IMG/VR virus record: IMGVR_UViG_3300019132_000022 | Location: 1 to 37,795 of that record | Strand: one strand, 5' to 3' | DNA length: 37,795 bases | Source of the DNA: a virus | Shown: positions 31,481-37,795 of the stretch, one piece after another | Position numbering within the stretch: the first letter of the stretch is position 1 | Layout: the number at the start of each line of letters is the position of its first letter | The notes under the pieces: model-generated | Database searches by the model: none | What the model was told of the DNA's origin: nothing | What the model saw: the letters and a program-made list of their open reading frames with translations, nothing else | Program-made: the position numbers and the translations under genes

Positions 31481-33412
31481 ATGGCCGAGAAACTCCTGCG
31501 GTACATCCCCGGTACGGACGAATTCGAGACGCTCGACGTCACCGACAACGGCACCGTGCGCGGCAAGGTGTCCACGCCCACGGCGGACCAGATGCTCAAG
31601 GCGGGCTACCGGCTCGTCAACGACGGGCAGTGGGCCAGCGCCACGGCGAAGCGAACCCCGGCCGCTCCGCCGCCAGCCGCCGAAGCGCCCCTCGACGAGT
31701 TGGAGGTGTCCGCCGCCGTCCCGGTGCTGGCCATGCCCTCCCAGCCCTCCGCCGAGTACGTGGCCCGCGCCAACGCCCTCATGGGACGCGAGCCCATGCC
31801 CCCGGAGGCAGAGCCCGCCCCTGTGGACCCCCGCGTTGCCCGCTACCGTGCGAAGTCCCAGGCCGAGGTAGACGAGTTGATGCGCCTGTCGGACCCCAAC
31901 GCGGGCGCGGCGGAGGCCCTCGCGCAGAGCACCGGCCTCGGGTACGCCCCGGCCGTCCCCACCCAGCGCGCCCCCTCCCTGGAGTTCTCCGGCTTCCGTG
32001 GGGACCCAGCCACCCCCCAGCGTGCGGCCCCTGGCGCCAGCAACCCCGAGATGGAGCGAACCATGGAGGCGGTGCGCGGCCGAGTCGCGGCAGATGGTGC
32101 CCCCGCCCAGAAGCCCGCGCTCGAGCCCGCTATCCCCGTAGCCTCTGCCCCCGGCGGGAGCAGCGCCTCCGCCCGCATCCGCTTCAGCCCTTCCGGCTCC
32201 TCGCGCGGAGAGAAGGAGTTGGAGGCGGCCAACGCCAAGGCGATGGAGGCTATCGGCGCCCGGGCCACCCTGGAGGGACAGCAGGCCGCGGCGGAGCAGG
32301 CGCGCCTTGACGTGGAGCTGGATGCCACCCGCCGGCGGCAGATGGAAGAGCAGGAGCGCCTCGCCCTCCGGCAGACGTCCGTAGACGAGAGCGAGGCTGG
32401 GCTCCAGAAGATGGTAGCGGACCTGTCCAACCCCTCGGGCGAGGTGGACCCGGACCGGTGGTGGAACTCCCGCGACACCGGACAGAAGGTGGCCGCCTTC
32501 GCCTCAGCCTTCCTTACGGGATTCGCTGGTCGCCCCAACGTCATCCAGCAGATGATTGAGCAGGACATCGACGCCCAGAAGAACAACCTCGACCGCGCCG
32601 AGCGGAACAAGGTGCGGGCGATGGAGGGGCAGAAGGGACTCGTGGCGCTCGCCCGGGACCGCTTCAGCGACGAAATCCTCGCCATGAACGCCGCTCGGGC
32701 CGCTGCATCCGAATACGCGCTGAAGGTGGCCCAGCGGGAGACAGCGGGCTTCAAGGGGCAGGACGCCCAGGTGCGAGCCCAGGAGTTGATGGCCTCCCTC
32801 GCGCAGACGCTGGTGCAGAACCGCGAGGCGTTTCGCGTCCGCGCGGCTCAATTGGGGCTTCAGCAGGCGGAACTCGCACTCAACATCCAGGCGGCCCAGG
32901 CGAAGATGGCCGGGGCGCAGAGCGGCATGGCGGCGGAACAGGGGCAGGCCGTGCCGCTCGCCACCCTCACCCCGGAGCAGAAGAAGCGCGCGGTGGTGCT
33001 GCCCGGCTCGCAGGGACGCGCGGTGCTGGCGCTCAGCGAGGATGCGGCGAAGGCACTCCGGAGCCAGGACGAGGGCATTTCCGAACTCACGGACGCCCTC
33101 GGCGGGATGCTCAAGCTTCGCCGGGAGTTCGGCGGGGAGACGCTCAACCGCAACGCGGTGAGCACCGCCAAGGCCCTGGAGACGAAGGCCCTCCTGGCGC
33201 TGAAGAAGGCGGAGTCTGCGGGCGCCCTGGACGCGGGCATGGTGGAGGTGTCCAAGGGGATCATCGCGGATACGACGGCTTGGAAGCCCGGGGTGGAGGC
33301 CCAAATCACCTCGGCGCTCCAGACGTACAACCAGCAGCGGGACAAAGCGTGGCAGCGGTACACGGGCCAGTCCTTCGGCGCCACGCCTTCGGTGACACAA
33401 GCGGGCCGCTGA
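31481..33412 (+). CDS. Internal-virion / ejection-like coiled-coil protein
   Basis: 643 aa with long Ala/Gln/Glu/Arg helices. Called from position only. Confidence 0.5.
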   Translation: MAEKLLRYIPGTDEFETLDVTDNGTVRGKVSTPTADQMLKAGYRLVNDGQWASATAKRTPAAPPPAAEAPLDELEVSAAVPVLAMPSQPSAEYVARANALMGREPMPPEAEPAPVDPRVARYRAKSQAEVDELMRLSDPNAGAAEALAQSTGLGYAPAVPTQRAPSLEFSGFRGDPATPQRAAPGASNPEMERTMEAVRGRVAADGAPAQKPALEPAIPVASAPGGSSASARIRFSPSGSSRGEKELEAANAKAMEAIGARATLEGQQAAAEQARLDVELDATRRRQMEEQERLALRQTSVDESEAGLQKMVADLSNPSGEVDPDRWWNSRDTGQKVAAFASAFLTGFAGRPNVIQQMIEQDIDAQKNNLDRAERNKVRAMEGQKGLVALARDRFSDEILAMNAARAAASEYALKVAQRETAGFKGQDAQVRAQELMASLAQTLVQNREAFRVRAAQLGLQQAELALNIQAAQAKMAGAQSGMAAEQGQAVPLATLTPEQKKRAVVLPGSQGRAVLALSEDAAKALRSQDEGISELTDALGGMLKLRREFGGETLNRNAVSTAKALETKALLALKKAESAGALDAGMVEVSKGIIADTTAWKPGVEAQITSALQTYNQQRDKAWQRYTGQSFGATPSVTQAGR

Positions 33413-33449
33413 CCTATCTTGGATGTGCCCACCAAGGAGAGGGCGCATC

Positions 33450-33662
33450 ATGACCCAGTCACCCAGCGTTGACCGCATGGTTCATTTTCACCAGGATGGT
33501 GGGCCGTACCCCGCCATCATTACCGCCATCAACCCCGACGGCACCGTGGAGTTGGCCACGTTCGGCCGCAACTCACTATACGTCCAGCACAACGTGAGCA
33601 TGGGAGGGCCGGATGGTATGACGCCATCCAAGGACTGTTGGACGTGGCCGCCGCGCACGTAG
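33450..33662 (+). CDS. Small beta-rich protein (70 aa from MTQSPSVDRMVHFHQDGG)
   Basis: Internal ATG of ORF 33423..33662, preceded by AAGGAGAGG. Local GC is lower. Confidence 0.6.
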   Translation: MTQSPSVDRMVHFHQDGGPYPAIITAINPDGTVELATFGRNSLYVQHNVSMGGPDGMTPSKDCWTWPPRT

Positions 33663-33739
33663 CGCCTGCCCTCTTGACCGGTGCCGCCGCACGCGGTACC
33701 GGTCCGCATCCTTTCGAGCCCCAAGGGCATGGAGATGCG

Positions 33740-34198
33740 ATGCGTTCGTTCCTGGTGTTGGCGTTGTGCGCGGTGCTGACGGCGTGCGGTCCTGGCGAGC
33801 AGGGACCGACCGGTCCACAGGGACCCAGGGGTGAACCCGGGCCGAGCGTGGGTGTGAACAAGGCCACCATCTACCGGTGCAGTGGGGTCATCGCCATCGA
33901 GGGGCTCGGGCGGGCGGCGGTGCATCATGACGCCTACATCTTCCCGGACGGCGGAATGATGACGGAGTGCCTGTTCAACGACGGCGCCCTCAGTACGAGC
34001 TCGTTCGCGCTCTACCACAGCGGCTCCTCCGACACGGCGAACTGCGCATTGACGCGTGACCTCGACACGGCGTCGGCGGGCTTCTGGAACTACAACCTCA
34101 ACGCGACGCGCACGTCCTCCGTTGTCTTGTATGAGGACCCGGCCAGCCCCCGACACCTCAGCCGCTACACCGTCCCCTGTACTCGCATCGACCCGTAG
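33740..34198 (+). CDS. Lipoprotein with a collagen-like Gly-X-Y stretch (152 aa)
   Basis: Internal ATG of ORF 33638..34198. MRSFLVLALCAVLTAC is a signal peptide plus lipobox (LTAC), followed directly by GPGEQGPTGPQGPRGEPGP. Confidence 0.75.
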   Translation: MRSFLVLALCAVLTACGPGEQGPTGPQGPRGEPGPSVGVNKATIYRCSGVIAIEGLGRAAVHHDAYIFPDGGMMTECLFNDGALSTSSFALYHSGSSDTANCALTRDLDTASAGFWNYNLNATRTSSVVLYEDPASPRHLSRYTVPCTRIDP

Positions 34199-34220
34199 CG
34201 CTGCCGCGCGGGCTGCGCTA
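34196..34220 (+). terminator. Stem-loop after the lipoprotein gene
   Basis: tagcgc (34196-34201) pairs with gcgcta (34215-34220), with three further inner G-C pairs. Followed by gatttc. Confidence 0.45.
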
Positions 34221-34291
34221 GATTTCACCTGCCTACCCGGAAGTAACTACGCGTTACGTGTACGGCAATTGGACGGCGAGGGGCTCCGGGA

Positions 34292-37200
34292 ATGACCTGG
34301 GGCCCTTCGTCTTTCTGGGTTATTCTCGGACCCATGGCCCAGGTTTTCGACCCCAACAGCGGACAGTGGATTGAGGTGAAAGACGAGGAGGTGACGGCCC
34401 TCGTTGGCGCCGGGAAGGCGTTCCTCCCCAAGGGGACCGTGGCGGTGGTGGACGCCCGGGGCGTCGCGGGCGAGGTACCGGCCGAGGACGCACCCCAGGC
34501 ATTCGCCAACGGCTACCGCTACCGCCCGCCCGCCGAGGTACAGGCCGACCAGGAGCGAGAGCGCTACGCGGACCGGCCGCTCGCCGCTGGCATCGCCGGG
34601 GCGGCCCGTGGCATCACCCTTGGGCTCTCCGACGTCGCGGCCACCCGCACCGGCCTCGTGGCGCCGGAGACGCTCAAGGGCCTGGAGGACTACAACCAGG
34701 AGGCCAGCGTCGGCGGCGAGGTGCTCGGCACCGGCGCGGCCCTCCTCGCCACGGCTGGCGCGGCTACCCCGGCGGCCCTCGTGGAGCGTGGCGGCGCGAC
34801 GCTGGGGGCGCTCGCCGTGGAGAAGGTCGGCGGGGGCGCGGTGGTGCGCGGAGCGGTGAAGGGCGGCGTTGAAGGCGGGCTGTACGGCCTCGGCCGCGCC
34901 ATCACCGACGACGCCCAGAACCGGGACCCGCTCACCGCTGAGAAGGCGATGGCCTCCACCATGAGTGGCGCCCTCTTCGGCGCGGGGGCGGGAGCCCTCT
35001 TCGGTCGCTTGGGGGACAGGACCCGGGGCGGGCGGGTGGCGTCAGGTGCGGCAGATGACGCCACCCCGAGCCCCGCCAGCATCCTGGATGACGACGTGAC
35101 GCAGGCCGATACGGTGGTGACGGGCGGGGCGGTTCCGGGAACCGGCGGGAACCAGCGGAACCAGTTCCGGGAACCGGCGGGAACCAGCGGAACTGGGGCC
35201 ACCCCATCCAGTGGGGGCATGGCTGGGGCGATCGCGGACGGCGCGCTCTCGGCCGCCACACCGGTGAAGGACGCCATTGAGGCCAACCCCGGGGTGTTCC
35301 GTCGGGTGTTCGCCGCGCTGGACGTCGAGTTCCCCGATGCGGACGAGTGGGTGCGCCGAGGGTTGGACATCAAGAAGAAGGGCGCGCGCATCCTCCGGGA
35401 AAAGGACTTGCTGGAAGAGGCCCCGCGCGCCCTTCGCTCGGACCCACGGTTCGCCCAAGTGAAGAACGGCGGGGACGCGGCCCGCCTCATCCGAACGAAG
35501 CTCGAGGAGTCCGGCGGGGAGGTGCAGCGCGCCGCCGCCCGCCTGGACGAGATGGTGTCCCCCTCCGAGCAGCTCGACGTGGCCGCCTTCGCTGCGCGTG
35601 CCGAACGGGAACTGGTGGCCCCCCTCGCCCGTGGCACGGTGGATGAGCGCCGTGCCGCCGCCCGACTCCGAGAGGAACTGGAGGCCATGCTCGACGGGGT
35701 GCCGGAGACGCCCGCCACCCTCCCCGCTCGGAAGGCCGGAGTGGTGGTGGAGGTGCCGCTCTCCGAGTTGGACGACATCCCCGCGAAGGCCAATCGCAAC
35801 GGGGTGCTCGCCAACGCCCTGAAGGGCATGGACGACGGGAAGGATTTGGGGGCCATCAAGGTAGTCCAGGGCGGGAATGGGCTCCGCGAGCTCGCCGGCG
35901 GCAACCACCGGCTCGTGGCGGCCCGGCAGCGGGGCGCGAAGTCCATCAAGGTGCTCTTCGACAGCGAAGAGGCCGCCGCCATCGTCCAGCGCAAGCGCGG
36001 CTCGAGCGTCTTCCCGGACGCTCCGGCCCCAATGGACGCTCCGGGCTGGACACCCGCGCCCCCGCCGGCCGGCCGAAAGCTCCTCACCTTCGCCCAGGCG
36101 GAGGACCTCAAGCGGCGCCTGGACAAGTCGCTCCGGTGGGACTCCACAACACCCAACGAGGTACGCGAGCAACTCCGGCAGCTGCGTGGCCTGCTCAACC
36201 GGACGCAGGAGGAGACGGCTGAACGCGTCTCCAAGACGCTCGGGGCGGACACCTTCGCGGAGTGGAAGCGCGCGAAGGCTCTTTACGGGCAGATGGCGGA
36301 GCTGGACAACATCGCCACGGAACGCCTGGGGGACGCAAAGAACGCCAACCGCCTCTTCAGCCTCACGGACAATCTCGCCGGGGCGGCGGGCTTCGCGGTG
36401 GGCGGGGGCCTCAACCCCGTTGGACTGGCGCTCTCCCTGGGTTCGGCCCTACTCAACAAGTGGGGCCGGGAAAACCTCCCCTTCGTCATGGCGCGGGCCA
36501 TGGGGGAATTCGACAATACCCCGGGGGCGCGCAAGGCGGCCCAGGCCCTCGTCAACCGCCTCAAGGGCGCCGGGCCGGACGCCGGAGCGGCGCCGGCTGG
36601 AGTTCCGCCAACTGCACCGACCGACCCCGGTGGCGCCGGAGCCACGCCCACAGCCGCAGTCCATGGCGCGCTACTCTCTATGCTCCAGCGCGCGGCCCAG
36701 TCGGGCCCCCGGGAAGCGTGGGTGGCCCACACCGTCCTGTCCGGCTCCATGGAGTACCGACAGGCGATGGAGGCCCGCGGGCTCGCCCAGTACACCCCGG
36801 AGGCGGACGCCGAGGGTGCGCGCCGGGCTGGTACCGCCTCCCGCGTGGAGAAGGCCGCCGCGGACTTCGACGCCCGGGCGGACGCCGCAGCGAAGGGACT
36901 CTTCTCCGGGAAGCGAGGAAGGGTGACGCCCACGGAGAGTTCCACAGCCCTGGCCAAGGCCGAGCAGATGCGCCGGGCCGCCAAGGAGCCCGAGGCAGTG
37001 GTGTCCCGCGTGGCCGAGCGCCTTGCGGACGTGGGCGCGGACACGCCGGGGCTCGCCACGGAGATGCAGGCCACCGCCCAGCGCGCGCACGCCTTCCTCG
37101 CTTCCAAGGCGCCAGCCCGGCCCACCTCCCCCCTGGGGGACGTGCCCGCCCTTCGTCTCCCGTGGCGCCCCTCCGCCGCCGAAACCGCGAAGTGGGCCGC

Positions 37201-37573
37201 CTACGTGCGCGCCGTGGAGGACCCCGCAAGCGTGCTCGAGGATGCGGCTGGCGGGCGACTTACGCCGGAGGGCATTGAAGCCCTGGAGGCTGTCTACCCC
37301 TCGCTCCTGGCGAACCTGCGCGGGCGGGTGCTGGGGATGGTGGCGGAGCACCCCCGGCGCCTGGACTACCAGCAGCGTCTCTCCCTCGGCCTGCTCCTCG
37401 GCCTGGACCTGGATGAGTCCATGGCTCCGGGGGTAGTGGCCTCCCTCCAGCAGATGCACCAGCAGGAGCCGGAGAAGCCGCAGGGCCGCCCCGAGGCCAG
37501 CAGCAGCCGTACACAGAAGCGTCTGGCCTCGGAGTTTTCTCCGGCGGACGGCCTCACGCAGCGAGGCGCATAG
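34292..37573 (+). CDS. Giant virion-associated protein with a central ParB/Srx-like domain (alternative start ATG 34334)
   Basis: 1,093-aa ORF. The N-terminal segments are Gly/Ala-rich and hydrophobic. VEVPLSELDD...LRELAGGNHRLVAARQRGAKSIKVLF (nt 35732-35962) resembles the ParB N-terminal nuclease-like fold. Its position matches that of a podovirus internal core protein. Confidence 0.75.
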   Translation: MTWGPSSFWVILGPMAQVFDPNSGQWIEVKDEEVTALVGAGKAFLPKGTVAVVDARGVAGEVPAEDAPQAFANGYRYRPPAEVQADQERERYADRPLAAGIAGAARGITLGLSDVAATRTGLVAPETLKGLEDYNQEASVGGEVLGTGAALLATAGAATPAALVERGGATLGALAVEKVGGGAVVRGAVKGGVEGGLYGLGRAITDDAQNRDPLTAEKAMASTMSGALFGAGAGALFGRLGDRTRGGRVASGAADDATPSPASILDDDVTQADTVVTGGAVPGTGGNQRNQFREPAGTSGTGATPSSGGMAGAIADGALSAATPVKDAIEANPGVFRRVFAALDVEFPDADEWVRRGLDIKKKGARILREKDLLEEAPRALRSDPRFAQVKNGGDAARLIRTKLEESGGEVQRAAARLDEMVSPSEQLDVAAFAARAERELVAPLARGTVDERRAAARLREELEAMLDGVPETPATLPARKAGVVVEVPLSELDDIPAKANRNGVLANALKGMDDGKDLGAIKVVQGGNGLRELAGGNHRLVAARQRGAKSIKVLFDSEEAAAIVQRKRGSSVFPDAPAPMDAPGWTPAPPPAGRKLLTFAQAEDLKRRLDKSLRWDSTTPNEVREQLRQLRGLLNRTQEETAERVSKTLGADTFAEWKRAKALYGQMAELDNIATERLGDAKNANRLFSLTDNLAGAAGFAVGGGLNPVGLALSLGSALLNKWGRENLPFVMARAMGEFDNTPGARKAAQALVNRLKGAGPDAGAAPAGVPPTAPTDPGGAGATPTAAVHGALLSMLQRAAQSGPREAWVAHTVLSGSMEYRQAMEARGLAQYTPEADAEGARRAGTASRVEKAAADFDARADAAAKGLFSGKRGRVTPTESSTALAKAEQMRRAAKEPEAVVSRVAERLADVGADTPGLATEMQATAQRAHAFLASKAPARPTSPLGDVPALRLPWRPSAAETAKWAAYVRAVEDPASVLEDAAGGRLTPEGIEALEAVYPSLLANLRGRVLGMVAEHPRRLDYQQRLSLGLLLGLDLDESMAPGVVASLQQMHQQEPEKPQGRPEASSSRTQKRLASEFSPADGLTQRGA
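35132..35195 (+). repeat. Tandem 32-bp direct duplication (30/32 identical) carrying GTTCCGGGAAC palindromes, inside the giant ORF
   Basis: gttccgggaaccggcgggaaccagcggaac occurs at 35132-35161 and again at 35164-35193. The period of 32 is not a multiple of 3, so the copies are read as VPGTGGNQRNQ and then FREPAGTSGTG. Confidence 0.9.
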
Positions 37574-37595
37574 CCGCGGCGAGTGGGGGTAGAAT
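37567..37595 (+). promoter_or_regulatory. Possible degenerate family member / -10-proximal promoter CGCATA-17-TAGAAT
   Basis: TAGAAT (37590-37595) lies 6 nt before ATG 37602. The hexamer 17 nt upstream is CGCATA, which partly matches CGCAAC. Confidence 0.35.
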
Positions 37596-37601
37596 CACCG
37601 C

Positions 37602-37795
37602 ATGCCCTACGCCCGCCTGTTGCTGTGTCTCGCCGTCCTGGCCGCCACTGTCGCCCTTGCCGGGCCGCCGCTCCTCACACCTACCCTCTCCGTGCCCGGG
37701 CTCTTCCCGCAGCTCTGGGCGGGCATCTTCCACGACGTGACGGAGCGCATGGAGGCTCTGACGAAGGCCGGGGCTGAGCGATTCAACCTCAAGAC
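37602..37795 (+). CDS. N-terminal part of the junction-spanning secreted protein (signal peptide MPYARLLLCLAVLAATVALA/GPP)
   Basis: ATG 37602 is in frame with 2..481 through the 99-bp repeat. It has a classical hydrophobic signal sequence with an AxA-like cleavage site. Confidence 0.7.
   Translation, partial: MPYARLLLCLAVLAATVALAGPPLLTPTLSVPGLFPQLWAGIFHDVTERMEALTKAGAERFNLK
37697..37795. repeat. Terminal direct repeat, identical to 1..99
   Basis: Exact 99/99 match read directly. Confidence 0.95.

Noticed and set aside
34292-35131. Splitting the giant ORF into two genes at the 32-bp duplication
   Set aside because: The frame is continuous, and codon bias looks coding on both sides in the same frame. 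No internal RBS or start is evident right after the repeat. The possibility is kept as a hypothesis in the finding rather than as a feature.

Overview
The window looks like one complete, very GC-rich dsDNA phage or phage-like replicon. Its first 99 bp are identical to its last 99 bp, so the unit length is 37,696 bp, either circular or terminally redundant, and one gene runs across the junction.

Layout as read from the sequence:
- (1) 574-7492, minus strand: leftward early/replication arm. It holds a ribbon-helix-helix regulator, an HTH protein, Zn-ribbon proteins, a replication initiator with an internal repeat cluster, a DnaB-type helicase and a RusA-like resolvase.
- (2) About 7.51-7.56 kb: back-to-back divergent promoters.
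- (3) 7567-12179: rightward early arm with an HTH protein and a YqaJ-type exonuclease plus RecT recombination pair.
- (4) 12.2-15.1 kb: accessory island. It holds a secreted Cys-rich protein, a RyR-domain protein, membrane proteins and a leftward operon of small acidic/Cys-rich proteins.
- (5) 15.1-15.6 kb: a roughly 450-bp hairpin-rich non-coding spacer, followed by a cytosine-5 DNA methyltransferase module whose conserved motifs lie in two different reading frames.
- (6) 17.4-37.6 kb: late arm with podovirus-like gene order. It runs TerS-like, Zn-ribbon, GNAT, TerL, portal, scaffold, capsid, adaptor/tail proteins, internal-virion-like proteins, a collagen-like lipoprotein moron, and a 1,093-aa protein with a ParB/Srx-like domain.

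No integrase, tRNA, CRISPR array, endolysin or ParA was recognisable by eye.

Most interesting signals:
- A seven-member promoter-like motif family, CGCAACTCC-N14-GAnAAT, with a non-canonical -35. It sits in front of every early or accessory transcription unit, and several members are placed for leaderless mRNAs.
- A repeat-dense putative origin inside the initiator gene.
- A perfect non-triplet 32-bp tandem duplication carrying palindromes inside the ParB-domain giant gene.
- The doubly frame-shifted methyltransferase.
- A structured 450-bp non-coding spacer flanked by two divergent motif promoters.

All functional calls come from motif recognition by eye. No database search was run.
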